64,000 nt of DNA from Candidatus Thorarchaeota archaeon (GTDB lineage: Archaea; Asgardarchaeota; Thorarchaeia; Thorarchaeales; Thorarchaeaceae), in contig JAGSHN010000023.1 in the NCBI GenBank assembly GCA_029855935.1, positions 1-64,000 of the forward strand, in the 5' to 3' direction. Under the pieces are notes generated by a model. The model worked only from the letters and a program-made list of their open reading frames with translations. It was not told where the DNA came from and searched no databases. This document shows, one piece after another, positions 26,951 through 38,346 of the stretch (the first letter of the stretch is position 1; every line of letters starts with the position of its first letter). Both the position numbers and the translations under genes were made by a program.

Positions 26951-27496
26951 GACAAAGGTTCCGAGGGATAGAGCCCATCGACCACTCCGAAGCGGCTGTC
27001 AGTGAGAGAGTCTACCCCGACTATGACGGCTACTTTGGCAAGATGGAGCAGTAGCATTTTGCAGTGGAGATTCAGTCAAGCGGCACCGAGGAGGGAGACG
27101 TCCTGACAATCACCGTCTTCTTCGAGGACCACCGAGTGCTGAGCAGATCCTCTACGGACGTGATGCTAACAATCTGAGAGCACACTTGGATCTTCGAGAA
27201 ACAGGCCTGCCGTGTCACAATCTACCCCAAGAGTTCAGTTAGTGTAGACTCCTCATTGATTGGCGATGCAGGGCTATAGGTGTCAGTGTCGGGCGACATC
27301 GGTCGTTCATTATTGGCCACAGGCGAGCGGAGAGAATTCAGGCAGTTCTTAGCCTAGGCCTCTGGCGTCTGGTGTCGAATCTAGCATTGGCGAAACAAAG
27401 GACGGCGTGCCGGCCTCTGTGATGGCTGATGACCTTTGTTCAATCACAGGGACCTCGGGGCATAGTCTAGCTTGGGTTCTTCCCATCAGAATTGTT

Positions 27497-27703
27497 GTGG
27501 CGACCACGACTACAATCAAGAAGGACGCAAATGAAGTGCTCCGGACTCTGGAAGGTGACAAGGACTGGGATAGATTCCTCAAAGAACTTGCGGAGAGCTA
27601 TTTGACAACAAGAAGAGAGAGAACGAGGGAGAAGTTGAAGGGGCCTTTGGCTGGGGAATTTGAAGACGTAAGGGTGAAGAGGTGGACGAAGGAGTATTGG
27701 TAG
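27497..27703 (+). CDS. VapB-like antitoxin
   Basis: Short ORF (M)ATTTTIKKDANEVLRTLEGDKDWDRFLKELAE..., overlapping a PIN-domain start. Confidence 0.55.
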   Translation: MATTTTIKKDANEVLRTLEGDKDWDRFLKELAESYLTTRRERTREKLKGPLAGEFEDVRVKRWTKEYW

Positions 27704-27725
27704 ATACTGATGTCTTGACAGACAA
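27682..27725 (+). pseudogene. Truncated VapC/PIN toxin N-terminus
   Basis: GTG-DEGVLVDTDVLTD is a PIN first-strand motif; similarity is lost where the convergent MNT-HEPN gene ends. Confidence 0.5.
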
Positions 27726-27739
27726 CACGGCCGCGAGAC

Positions 27740-28603
27740 TCACCCTTCATTCATGTCTGCAAGATCAATGACTGCATTCACGAATCTCGATATGTCATCG
27801 AGTTCCTCATCGATGAGCTTGAACACAAGGGCATTGTCAATCCTCGAATACAGGTGCACAAGCCTGTGACGAAAGCGAACCATCGACATCATTCTTCGTG
27901 CCAAGTCCTCGTCAATCAGTCCTCTGTCGCGAAGAATCTGAAAGATATCAACATAGCTTGTTGGTCTGCCCAGCTTCCTTGCTGACACCAAGTGGCCCGC
28001 CATATCGATGCACGACTCTATTGCGAGATGAAGAGCTCGCTCTGCCATCAACCGGGTCTCCAGTGAGGCGAAGTACGCATTCAAACCCCCCTCCCTGACG
28101 CGCGTGAGTACGTCCAGTGCCTGCTCTGTGATGGAGATTCCTGAAACCAGCATATCTGGATCAATCATCCTTCGCAGCCGCCCAGCAAAGCGTCGGACCA
28201 TATGCCTATCGTACATCATCCAGATGCGCTGCATCTCATCATACTCGTCCCACGTACGACGCTCGAATTCTGCTCTCAACATAGGATCCCGGTCAAGAAA
28301 GAGGATGCCACGTCTCACGACGTTGTTTCTGAGCGCCACGTCGGCGTGGTTCAGACACACGACGTCAATCCGCGAAGAGCCGAGGGCCTCTGATATGCGG
28401 ATTGTGAGTTCCCTTGTCATCTGCAGGCAGACATCTGGAGAAGAGTCGTTCAGGAGAATGGCGACGTCTATGTCACTCATCGGTGTTGCTTCGCCGGACG
28501 CAACCGACCCGAACAGATAGGCCGCCGTCACTCTCTCCTCGCGCCCAAGCACCCTCTTGATAACAGCGAGTATCCATTCTACCTCCGATAGCATCACTAG
28601 CAA
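27740..28603 (-). CDS. Fused MNT nucleotidyltransferase - HEPN/DUF86 protein
   Basis: N-half LFGS-VASGEATPMS-DID; C-half ERALHLAIESCIDM...RHRLVHLY, in one 287-aa frame. Confidence 0.85.
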   Translation of the reverse strand: MLVMLSEVEWILAVIKRVLGREERVTAAYLFGSVASGEATPMSDIDVAILLNDSSPDVCLQMTRELTIRISEALGSSRIDVVCLNHADVALRNNVVRRGILFLDRDPMLRAEFERRTWDEYDEMQRIWMMYDRHMVRRFAGRLRRMIDPDMLVSGISITEQALDVLTRVREGGLNAYFASLETRLMAERALHLAIESCIDMAGHLVSARKLGRPTSYVDIFQILRDRGLIDEDLARRMMSMVRFRHRLVHLYSRIDNALVFKLIDEELDDISRFVNAVIDLADMNEG

Positions 28604-29225
28604 GCGATATCACGGGCGCATCCCCTTTTCGCCTTTGCGATGGACAGAGAACGGACAGCTCCGGAAACAAGCGCCACAGGGCTCTAGTCTATCGTTCTAG
28701 TGTCGCACTACTTCCAAGAAACTAGGTCATAGTCTGACGCGTATCTCAGGGGGATGCAACCGTTGGATGGAAGCGGAGATCCTGCCCCCGAGGAGCCCCC
28801 GCGGAAAAGCACTTCACGCTGGATGGGAAACACGCCCGGCCCTAGAGAGTTCTCTGAAGAAGCGTACGAGAAAGGATACAAGCTTTCTGTTTACCCAGCT
28901 GACTCTACATGGGAGTACAAGAGGTACGTCCACCGTGTCGGAACCGACTATGTGGCGTTGCCCGACAGACCCGATGGAACAAAGTCGTCATTTCTTTTGG
29001 GATGACTTCGCATGTCAAGATATGCAGTGCTTTTCGCACGGGTACTTGCAGCAACCCGGCCCATATCCTAGAAGTCCCGAGTGTGTAGACTGCATTGCAC
29101 GCTGTGCAATGCTTAACTTCCACGACCCCCGTCCGAAGATGATGTCGTGCGCAGCTGTCGTGGAGGTACGAACTACTGGTATCCCCCTCACATCTCTCGG
29201 GCCCGTCGAGGTGAACAAAGGGGAG

Positions 29226-30377
29226 TCACTCACTACGGTGTCGCAGCAGGGCGTTCATCTGCTTCTGCGTCAGCTTCCCAAAGTATGTCAATCGGGTTCC
29301 TGTGAGGTGCCTGTACTCCTTCGGGGTGACAGGGTGCGAGAAGTGCCTCAGGTCCTCGATAAAGACTAGGGCCACCTCTACTGGTGTGCCCTCAGTAACC
29401 CGTTTCTTCCGACGGCCCTTCTTGCCCCCGAGCCCACGCACCCAGTCCGAAACAAGTTTGTACACCTCGTCCTGAGTCATCCCCTCAATCTGGAACAGAG
29501 TCTTTGCATGCTGCTTCCAGAGGCCCTCAAAGTCGCCGTTCTTGATACCGTCCACTTGGGCATAGGCAGCCACTCCCTCTCGGTGAGTCCAGAAGAACAT
29601 GTGCCAGTCAGCGTAGGACGACGGAGTTTCGATAGGGCCCGGTGCAAACACTCCCTTGAGTCCTTGTTCATGGTATTCCAGTTGCCTGTTCGATACTTGG
29701 AGCACCAGTGCCCGGATCGTCTTCTGCAGCCTCTTATAGCGCTCCTCAAATAGACGCCCCATTCGGTCACGAATTCTTCCGTCCGGGCGTTGGTTCTGAC
29801 ATTCAGCTAGCACGTCTCTAACGAAGGGCACCAAGGCCCCCGCGGCGTGCATTTCTCTGACCTTTTGCTCCGTGATGGGGTCAACGTTCTCTTCCTCTGC
29901 GGCCATGTCAGCCTCTTCCATAGCAGACTCTTCGACCTCCCATACTACTTCTGCTATGGCGACGGTGTCGATGGCCTGTTTCAATTGACGGGGCAGGTAT
30001 AGCCGAAAGGGCTCTGTCCTTGCCACTGTAACACGTTTCGTCACCGACACGAGCGTGTCATGGCCGACGTCTCTGTTTCTGACCTCATCCTCGCTGACAT
30101 AGTGTATCAGGCGCTTCGTGGAGTGCATTGGCCTCCCATCGCCTATCTTCGCACGAACCGTGGGGGTATCGTCGAGGACATCAGGGTCGAAGACCTCTTC
30201 CAATTGGTGCCCAATACCCTCTATCAATGGATCCCAAGTTTCTCTTGCGAACCTACGCATCCTCCACCGATGAACCGGATAGGATAAGACACGATGAGCA
30301 TCGAACTCGAAACATCCCGCAACTATCGTGAGAATGACCAATACCGCTGCTATGAGAAGTCCTATCTCTCCCCCCAT
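29226..30377 (-). CDS. Hypothetical protein with N-terminal TM anchor
   Basis: 383-aa ORF, co-oriented just downstream of 30408..30785. Confidence 0.7.
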   Translation of the reverse strand: MGGEIGLLIAAVLVILTIVAGCFEFDAHRVLSYPVHRWRMRRFARETWDPLIEGIGHQLEEVFDPDVLDDTPTVRAKIGDGRPMHSTKRLIHYVSEDEVRNRDVGHDTLVSVTKRVTVARTEPFRLYLPRQLKQAIDTVAIAEVVWEVEESAMEEADMAAEEENVDPITEQKVREMHAAGALVPFVRDVLAECQNQRPDGRIRDRMGRLFEERYKRLQKTIRALVLQVSNRQLEYHEQGLKGVFAPGPIETPSSYADWHMFFWTHREGVAAYAQVDGIKNGDFEGLWKQHAKTLFQIEGMTQDEVYKLVSDWVRGLGGKKGRRKKRVTEGTPVEVALVFIEDLRHFSHPVTPKEYRHLTGTRLTYFGKLTQKQMNALLRHRSE

Positions 30378-30407
30378 CTGGTAGTCCTCCCGACGCGGCG
30401 ACTACGA

Positions 30408-30785
30408 CTAGATGGGGTCTGCAGTCCTGTCTAGGGCCCGTTCCTCGACTTCGGCAATATATCGGCTCAGGCACACGGGCTTCCGACAGATCAAATCGAT
30501 GTCACCCGTTGACTCGTCCTCCGCAATCGTCCCTAGGTTCGCGAATGTCACTGGACTGCGGCATATCACGCACTGAAGGCCTCCTGACCTAAAGAGCTCC
30601 CAGAGACCTCTCCTCTTGAGGAGGCCCTCCACATCATAGGAGTCTGCAGGGTGTATCCCGTATCTCTCTCGGAGGTACATGGCCCCACGTACCGCGCCCG
30701 TTGCTGTCACAATTGAGCCAACGATAATCAGGAGTGCGCTCCACAATGTCCGACAACCCCGTTCTTCTCTCTTTCTCTGGCGCAT
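30408..30785 (-). CDS. Small membrane-anchored Zn-finger-like protein
   Basis: N-terminal TM; CVIC...NLGTI...ICRKPVC. Confidence 0.65.
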   Translation of the reverse strand: MRQRKREERGCRTLWSALLIIVGSIVTATGAVRGAMYLRERYGIHPADSYDVEGLLKRRGLWELFRSGGLQCVICRSPVTFANLGTIAEDESTGDIDLICRKPVCLSRYIAEVEERALDRTADPI

Positions 30786-31545
30786 GACTGGATCTTGTGC
30801 GGCTGATTACTTCGACTATCCGGCATTCTGGGATTTAAGTCGTTCTGGTGCGGCATCATCTTCAATGCAGACGCCTCTTGCACCAGTGCTGGGTACCTCC
30901 GCAATGCCACACTTGAGAATCGTGATGCATAGCCAGTAGTCTTGGAGCCCGCTGACTATATGACATATCAATCACGACTCTCCCGGGGGCGTTGTTGTCG
31001 GACGTCTACCCAGTGCGTAAGGTAGCGGCCTCGGCCCGGCAGACGACACAGGTCTCGCCCTGTTCTTTCAACTTGTGGCGAGCTGCCCATCTTCTTTGCG
31101 GCCATTCGTCTTGACGAGTGAGGACCACTTCTTGAACACTATGATTGGAGCCCTCCTGACTCAGCTAGTCGGTGCGCTATGGCTCAGTCTACTTGGAGAC
31201 TCATTGTCCCGCGATGCGACTATTTTCACAGTGGCTAGTGGGCCTGTTCTGCCTGCCAGATTGGCCTACATAGCAAACTGTGCCTCAAAGATGAGTGAAC
31301 GGTACGAACTATCGGCATACATCTAAGCCAGGGATAGCAGAAACTAATGTGATGTAGGCACTCCCTCTTCACCTTTGCGCTGAACTGAGAACCCTGCCAG
31401 AAACAGACGGTTCAGTGTTCGATTCGAACATTGCGGTGTCGTGCTGCTACGAGTTTCGCGAGAGATTGCAAAAACGGTAGTGTGACTATTGCCCTTGAGC
31501 TCTCTTAGAACATCTTCTTATCCGAATTCTGTTTCCTGCAGAGCT

Positions 31546-32817
31546 ATGGGGAAACGGGATATCAAGAGAGCGACCACAGAATGGCGCAACAAGAGGTTCG
31601 AGGGCATCAGACGCGACATTCCCTATCATCTCATAGAGGAGATCACGACCTTGGTCGGACCGCGGCGGGCCGGGAAGACGTACTTCATGCTCCAGATCTC
31701 AAATGACCTCTTGCGTAAGTTCGGAAAGGAAGATATGGTGTATGTGGACTTTGAGGACCCTCTGTGTCGAGTGAGCTATCCTGAGTTTCTTGACGTACTC
31801 GATGATCTCATTCCCCATCGTGGTGTCCTGTTCCTTGATGAGATACAGTCAATCGATGACTGGCCCTCCTGGTTGCGGGGACTACACAATATGCGTCGCT
31901 TTCACATCTTCGTGTCCGGTTCGAGTTCAAGACTATTGAGCCGTGAGATCGCTACCAGTCTGCGGGGACGTAGCATCACAAGGGTGGTCTTCCCGTTCAG
32001 CCCCGGTGAGATACTCCATCACGAGGGGGCGACCGGACGACGTGCACTCGCAGCCCTTCACCGGTACCTTGAGTGGGGAGGCTTCCCACGTGTCTATCTC
32101 TCCTCGGACTCTCCGAACAGGAAAGATCTGCTGGAGTCGTATGTGGATGCCATCTTCTTCCGGGATGTGGTTGAGCGCCACCGAGTTCGTGACATCGAAG
32201 GGGCGCGCATATTCCGAAACCTGGTAATGAAGAATCTTGCCCAGATATTCTCGGTCACAAAGGCAGCAAGATTTCTCAAGAGCATAGGTATCAGCAAGAG
32301 CAAGAAGACACTCATGGAACTGCTTGAGCTGTTCCAAGAGGCCTTCCTCATCTTCGCCCTGCCGCGCTACTCAAGATCCGCTAGGGGGATTCTCCAGATG
32401 CCCAAGAAGGTCTATCCCGTCGATGTTGGTCTGTTTCAGCCCTTCACCAGTTTTGGGGAATCCATGACTCGAAGACTGGAGTCCGTCGTTGCGATACATC
32501 TCTACAAGCAACACCTCCGCACCGGACGCCGAATATACTACTGGCAAGACCACCGGCAGAACGAGGTGGACTTCGTTGTTGAGAGCCGCAAGGGCATCGA
32601 GGAACTCATCCAGGTCTCCTATGACGTGAGTGATGAGAGGACCAGAGAGCGAGAAGAACGCTCGCTGATCAAGGCCTCAAGGGAACTCGGCTGCAAGAAC
32701 CTCACGGTTGTCACTTGGGACCACACGGACACATCCGAGAGGGACGGTAGAACAATACAGTTCATCAGGCTTCTCGACTGGATAGTTGCGACGAAAGGCC
32801 CCAATCCGGATGCCTGA
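31546..32817 (+). CDS. AAA_14 ATPase with C-terminal DUF4143 (PD-(D/E)XK-like) domain
   Basis: GPRRAGKT, LFLDEIQ, VSGSS, LRGR, YLEWGGFP, KKVYPVDVG, EVDFV...IQVS. The ORF track starts at 31489. Confidence 0.9.
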   Translation: MGKRDIKRATTEWRNKRFEGIRRDIPYHLIEEITTLVGPRRAGKTYFMLQISNDLLRKFGKEDMVYVDFEDPLCRVSYPEFLDVLDDLIPHRGVLFLDEIQSIDDWPSWLRGLHNMRRFHIFVSGSSSRLLSREIATSLRGRSITRVVFPFSPGEILHHEGATGRRALAALHRYLEWGGFPRVYLSSDSPNRKDLLESYVDAIFFRDVVERHRVRDIEGARIFRNLVMKNLAQIFSVTKAARFLKSIGISKSKKTLMELLELFQEAFLIFALPRYSRSARGILQMPKKVYPVDVGLFQPFTSFGESMTRRLESVVAIHLYKQHLRTGRRIYYWQDHRQNEVDFVVESRKGIEELIQVSYDVSDERTREREERSLIKASRELGCKNLTVVTWDHTDTSERDGRTIQFIRLLDWIVATKGPNPDA

Positions 32818-33822
32818 GGAGTCCGTCATATTTGCCAGATCGCACTCACCCAGGCGTTCGCCTTCTCAACCCGTCCGCCCTGTAGCAAAAGCGATCCGGA
32901 CAGCACTATCACAGGCGCCACACCTTGCCTACCGACCTACCACCACCGAGTTGACGATTTTTCGAAAAGCCGATGTCCCGAGGGTCTTTGATTTTCAATC
33001 ATTCTATTTTTTCTTCATTTCATTTCCTAAAGTGAATCTACTACAAATCTTCCGCTGCTCGGTCCTCTGCCTACCATTCCACGGCCCTCTCTTATTGTCC
33101 CTCTTTTCACAAACGTCTATTCCAGTTATGGCTCCCTAAGTGCCCCTTGGTGAGATGCACCATGCGATCAGCTGACCTCTGTCACCAGCGAGAGAGTCAA
33201 ATCTGCGGCATACCCACATACCGTGTTATAGGGTCTGCGAGATCAGAAAGTGGTGAAATAAGGGGGATTGACCTCGCCCGAAGCTAGCAGTACACACATC
33301 GCGAGTATGGAAGAGCGCGTGTCCCCCAGACTCGCCCCCCATCCATATTCAAGAACCGAATACAGACAAATGGATTCCATCTACTCAGAACAGGAAAAAT
33401 CTAATGCGACCGTAATATGATAGATTCGGGCCACGCTATGTGACGTATGACGCAAATACAAGTTCCTCGAATGCCGCAACTGTATGGGGACCATGAGGCA
33501 AGTCTATCAATCTACGGTTTCATAAAATACTGTATTAAGGAAGGTGTGCGGGAAAACTGTTGTCGAAAAATCGAAAGGATGTGAGTGATAGAATGATCAT
33601 CAAGTAGCAAGGAATGGACCATAGACAAGTGAATAGCAACCGTAACGTGTGAGAGTACACTTTCTCACTAGTGATAATCGAACGCCTGAAATACGCATTG
33701 AGAAGATGCGTATAGCCACGGGCTCGGTGAAATTTCCGAGGCCTAGGGAGGAACGGGAAATAGACTATGACTAGACGTGGCACACGACTTAGCATCGGCG
33801 ATCAGAAACCAAAGAAATCCAT

Positions 33823-34574
33823 ATGGAAGTCTATTGTGACGAAATCATAGGAAGTAAGGACAAAGGAACTTGGGGCGAATGGATATATCCAGGAGCGCTA
33901 CTTGTACCGGTTGACATAAGAAAAACGCTGTTACAAGAATTGCTGAATCGGCGATGTATGTGATTCAAATCGTGGAATCGTACCGAGGAATCATGTCCTC
34001 ACAAATGTGGATATTCTCCCTGACCATTCATCAGTTGTCATAGATACAATCTATCACGACAGGGGTAGTCAACAATCACACAAACACTTTCCATGGCATA
34101 CTCCACAAAAGTTGGATAATTTCGAAATTGGAATATTGGTTACAACAAAGAAGATATAGTACTTGTTGACTCGGATCATTGAAAATACAACGTCGGTGAC
34201 ATAGAAGATTTGCATGAACAATCTCAATTCATCCAATTTGTTGATTTAGTCCTTGGTTCCGGTGATACCTGTTTGCTTGCCTTATCTACTCGACGAGAAA
34301 AACCGAACTCGCTCAGATAATTTTGCCGTTGCTACAGGAAATGATGAGAGCCCCTAGAGATAAACACAGCAGATTTCACTATTATGGCCGACAACAAATA
34401 CAATTCATCCCAAAAGGACAATATCAAGCAACTGAAAATGAGTGGGTTCAGACAACAATTGATGGGAACATTAGTGAAAAACAACCTTCCCAAAGTCAAT
34501 TCTACTCAAATCGGCCAATTCTACTGAAAGCAGACGTGAAACAACATCCTCCCGACTTCTTGAGTAAAGAATAG
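33823..34574 (+). pseudogene. Degraded DUF3800-like (RNase H-fold) gene
   Basis: MEVYCDE N-terminal motif at 33823, in-frame TGA at 33961, later fragment SQFIQFVDLVLG (QxxD motif); AT-rich. Confidence 0.6.
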
Positions 34575-34582
34575 TCACATAC

Positions 34583-35266
34583 TCATCGTGGTGTAATTAC
34601 GCAGAATATACTCGACCTGTCAACTTCTACAATGCTGACATCGGCGTCAAGATCACGAGTCAGCGAGCGAAACATTGCAGGCGTCACGGTTGTAGCAACA
34701 AAACCATCTCTACACACAATCGTACCATTAGAGGTCCGCGTGTGGTCGATCTCCCCCAGCAGTCCCTCTTCTGACTGTCGCTCAAACCATTCGAGTCGAT
34801 GTTCCCAGAACTCGTCGGAATAGCTTGAGAACAAGACGGTCCCGCCGGATCGCGTGACTCGCACAGCCTCCTTGATGAGTCGTTGCCGACAGACTCCAAA
34901 GGCAGAGATCCCGTTCTGGATACAGGCAGTAATGTCAAAACATCCGTCTGGAAACGCAAGAGAGAGCGCGTCCATTGCGGCAACATCACAAGCGGGGGTG
35001 TGAATCGTTGGAACGTACCGTCTTGCAAGTTCGAGGCTCGGCAGAGAAATGTCGATACCTACGACTCTTGCATGGGATTGAACAAGTTCTGCAAGCACAC
35101 GACCATAGCCGCAGCCAAGTTCGAGGATCGTGTCACCAGAACGTACGTACGACTTGACGTGGTTAATCTCACTCTGAAGGTATCGTTGCACCCGTGGAGA
35201 GGCGATCTCATAGCAACGCCTGAGTCTTGCTCCCGACAGATTATCGACATAGTATTCTCCGCTCAA
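34583..35266 (-). CDS. Class I SAM-dependent methyltransferase
   Basis: ILELGCGYG, VVGIDIS, MDA..LAFPDGCFD, RVTRSGG. Confidence 0.9.
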   Translation of the reverse strand: MSGEYYVDNLSGARLRRCYEIASPRVQRYLQSEINHVKSYVRSGDTILELGCGYGRVLAELVQSHARVVGIDISLPSLELARRYVPTIHTPACDVAAMDALSLAFPDGCFDITACIQNGISAFGVCRQRLIKEAVRVTRSGGTVLFSSYSDEFWEHRLEWFERQSEEGLLGEIDHTRTSNGTIVCRDGFVATTVTPAMFRSLTRDLDADVSIVEVDRSSIFCVITPR

Positions 35267-35894
35267 TAGGCCTGCACCTCATTGATCATAATCTTATGTC
35301 ATCAACTAAAAACTATGTGAAGCCATATTTGCGTCGCCAAGACACATCAGGAGCGAATCGAGTTGTCCTGCAGGGCTTGAATGAAAGTCCATATCAGATC
35401 AATACCGGAAGCAGTCTGTGCTCTTTCAGCGTCACTCGCCATCACGTGTGTGTTAGAAACGATCCTGCAGATTGGTGGATGTATTTGGTAGAAAAGGCAG
35501 GAGTTCGTGTCTGTAAGTCGCAGGATAGAGCACCAGGTACCTCAAATGTCGCGTACTCGTTTCAACACTCTTCGAGTCAGTAGGTAGAGCAAGCCCAATG
35601 AGCACATACACTCGGAAATCTGCATAGAGGTCAATCTTCGCAACTCTGCCAACTTGAAGAAAGCCGTTGAAACGACAGTCTCAAACACCCACATAACAAT
35701 GTCAATCAAAACAGAATGGGGGATGTCTATGGTAGACACTGGATAACATAGGATGATGTAGCTAACTTAATCCCTTCGGCCCTCCTTTGAAAGACGTGCA
35801 ATACTACAGCCGTGGTGCTCCTGACCTGGTCACTTCGACGTATGTATGGCTTTAGACCAATGGGCCTAAGGGAATTCCTACCTGCCAAGTAACA

Positions 35895-37010
35895 CTATCC
35901 TCCAACACCTACGCGTCTGCGCCCGAGATATTCATCGCAGTTTCCTTGTTCGCATTCAGAGTGTTGTTGACAACTGAGCAATTGATTCTGCTGCTCTTGC
36001 GACCTGTACTCAATTTGCCAACGATCCTGCTCGAACTTGAGAAATGTCAGCACATCTATGACTTCTGGTCTGTCGGAAGGTTCTTCAAACAAGCCCACAA
36101 CAACATAGCCTATAACCTTCCTGAGCACGCATTCTACTCTGTGTATGCTAACTCCTTCTAGTTTGACCGCCTTGATTATGCGTATTGCGAATTCAGCAAG
36201 CAACCGAACCAACCTTCTTGAGGAGCCTTCTTGGCGACCACGGTCAAACGACATTCTGCCGTCAGAAATACACTCTACTGCCATTCTGTGTGAACGGTTG
36301 TCCGAACCGATCTCTGTGGAATGGTGCAACATTCTTTCATCGACTGAAGAACATAGGTCGTGCTGCCAGCCACATTCAACAATCGAGGATTTGCTGGGCA
36401 CGGTCAGCTGTCTGATATCACTTTCGGAAGAGTGTCTAGACTTGTTCCCAATGGAAACGCCTACCATCGCAGCGCTTCTACAGTCATCAGCTGGAGGAGG
36501 AATCTCGCCAGCATCGTCTATCCACTGGGCAAGAAAGACCAGCAACAAGACAAGAGCTACTGCAACCCTCAGAGCCGTTTCGCCGCCTTCTTGTTGCATT
36601 CGCCATAGAAACTCATTGGTCAAGGCGACTATCTCGTCCTTCGACGGAATATGCCCGATCTGACATGCCTCCACCGCGTCCGCAGCCAATCGAGCTAGCG
36701 AGCTTTGATTCATTGAACGAAGAAATTCCACTACGTCTTGGGGGGTGCGGAGGGTCGGCACCGTGTCAACGGTGTCCGGGGAGAAAAAGAAATGTTGAAT
36801 AAGACCACTGTCAGGTTGGCAACCTTCATCCAGCAGATGCAATATGTGTGTAGCAATGCGACGCACTTGTTCCGGACGCATACCCTTGAGCGGGATGGGA
36901 AAGTTCTGTGGATGCACCTCTCTCAGGAGTTGCTCGGCTATTTCAAAGACAGCCATCGCCTCAGAAGAAATCTCTGGTAGAGAGCTTGTTTCGTCCTTGA
37001 ATATACTCAC
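35895..37010 (-). CDS. Hypothetical protein (helical N-half plausible, C-half doubtful)
   Basis: 371-aa ORF with a TATA-like TATATATA ~50 nt upstream; no motif recognised. Confidence 0.4.
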   Translation of the reverse strand: MSIFKDETSSLPEISSEAMAVFEIAEQLLREVHPQNFPIPLKGMRPEQVRRIATHILHLLDEGCQPDSGLIQHFFFSPDTVDTVPTLRTPQDVVEFLRSMNQSSLARLAADAVEACQIGHIPSKDEIVALTNEFLWRMQQEGGETALRVAVALVLLLVFLAQWIDDAGEIPPPADDCRSAAMVGVSIGNKSRHSSESDIRQLTVPSKSSIVECGWQHDLCSSVDERMLHHSTEIGSDNRSHRMAVECISDGRMSFDRGRQEGSSRRLVRLLAEFAIRIIKAVKLEGVSIHRVECVLRKVIGYVVVGLFEEPSDRPEVIDVLTFLKFEQDRWQIEYRSQEQQNQLLSCQQHSECEQGNCDEYLGRRRVGVGG

Positions 37011-37817
37011 TAGGAACTACTCCTCTGTCTTTTACTACTATCCTCATAATGGCTGAACTATATATACCCCGTCAGGAGCAGAGCAGAAGATCTATGCTCA
37101 TTCATCTGGGGCCTCGGGGGGAGATTGCTACTGTATTTGGCTGTTCATCTCTTCATATCACGCTCGGGGCAATGACTTGATTTGTGCGCGTATTCATTAT
37201 CGGCTCTGGCAATTGAGAGTTCGTACTGTCTGCGCATACGCCTCTGCAATGCCCTACGATGAGAACATAGCGACAATTTTCATCTCAAGTCGACGGATGA
37301 ATCTCTTATAGAAAGGAGGCTAATTCCCCCAGATTGGGGCAACTCGAGCCTTGACTCCTTGATAGCTAGCTACTAGATAGCCCAACAAGAGTCCGGAGGC
37401 GTGGGACTATATCCCTCATCCTATGTTCATCTCCGCTGACCGAATGTATGACACCGTGGACCTCAAATCGCCATCCGCGCTCGCCCAGCGGGATGGCCCA
37501 GCACAGCTCTTCAGAATATGAGATCGACAAGCCAGAGACGAATGACTATCTCAAGTTGAGCCTCCAAGGGCTATGCTCTTCTGATGCTGACCGAACAGAA
37601 TCGTGACCATATCCACAAGAGGACAAGAGCTAATGAGCCTTGCAGTCCAATCTCTCAGCCTTGATAGTCACAATGGTAGTAGTGGCTCTTGAAGGCGCGT
37701 GAATGTTACCAGTTCGTCGAGAGGAGTAGGCCAAATATCTTGTTCGGACGTGTCTTCGAACGAGTACCCGTGAGGAAAGAAGAGAGAATACGCAAAGAGG
37801 AACAATCCATTGCGGCC

Positions 37818-38342
37818 CTAGGAGTTGCGGGAAGATCTCAACAGACTCACTGACTCAAGCACCTTTCTAATCCATTGCTTCGAGTACTTTTGTTTGAGTG
37901 CTGCTACTATGTCAACAATCGTGTCAAAGTCGCGTTCGTTGAACACTCTCTTCACAAACAGCGCTGTGGCAATCACTGACAGCTGTGTTGCGGTATATGA
38001 TCCAAACTCCTCGACTAGCGTATCAATCACCTTCATTTCATTTTCGGCTAGGAAACTAGCGAGCTCGGCTTCTCTCTTAGGAGAAATGAAATACCCCTTG
38101 TCAGAGTCCCACAAGATCCTAAGCCATCCCATTGCCTGAGCCAAGTTGGTAAAACTTGTCACCTTCGGAGAGTATGGTCCGTAGTGATACAGCGAATACC
38201 CAAGGTCCGTGCCGCCCTTCGCATCAAACAAGTACATTAGTTTCTGGATTTTTGTTCTCCCTATTTGCTTGTCAGGATGTCTTGCATATAATTTCCTTAC
38301 GAGATAGTAGACCAGAGCAGGACCCTTTAGCAGACTCTTCAT
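37818..38342 (-). CDS. YwgA/DUF4065(Panacea)-like winged-helix protein
   Basis: GRTKIQKLMYL...YSLYHYGPYS...LSVIATALFV; likely start MKSLLK at 38342, just after the HD gene. Confidence 0.75.
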   Translation of the reverse strand: MKSLLKGPALVYYLVRKLYARHPDKQIGRTKIQKLMYLFDAKGGTDLGYSLYHYGPYSPKVTSFTNLAQAMGWLRILWDSDKGYFISPKREAELASFLAENEMKVIDTLVEEFGSYTATQLSVIATALFVKRVFNERDFDTIVDIVAALKQKYSKQWIRKVLESVSLLRSSRNS

Positions 38343-38346
38343 CTCT

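Noticed and set aside
28754-29200. Short overlapping plus-strand ORFs
   Set aside because: No recognisable motif; probably a decayed gene or non-coding.
35300-35760. Possible IS4/IS1634-like transposase C-terminal relic on the minus strand (…FRVYVLIGLA/LYLLTRRV…)
   Set aside because: Too degraded; no DDE core or terminal inverted repeats identified.
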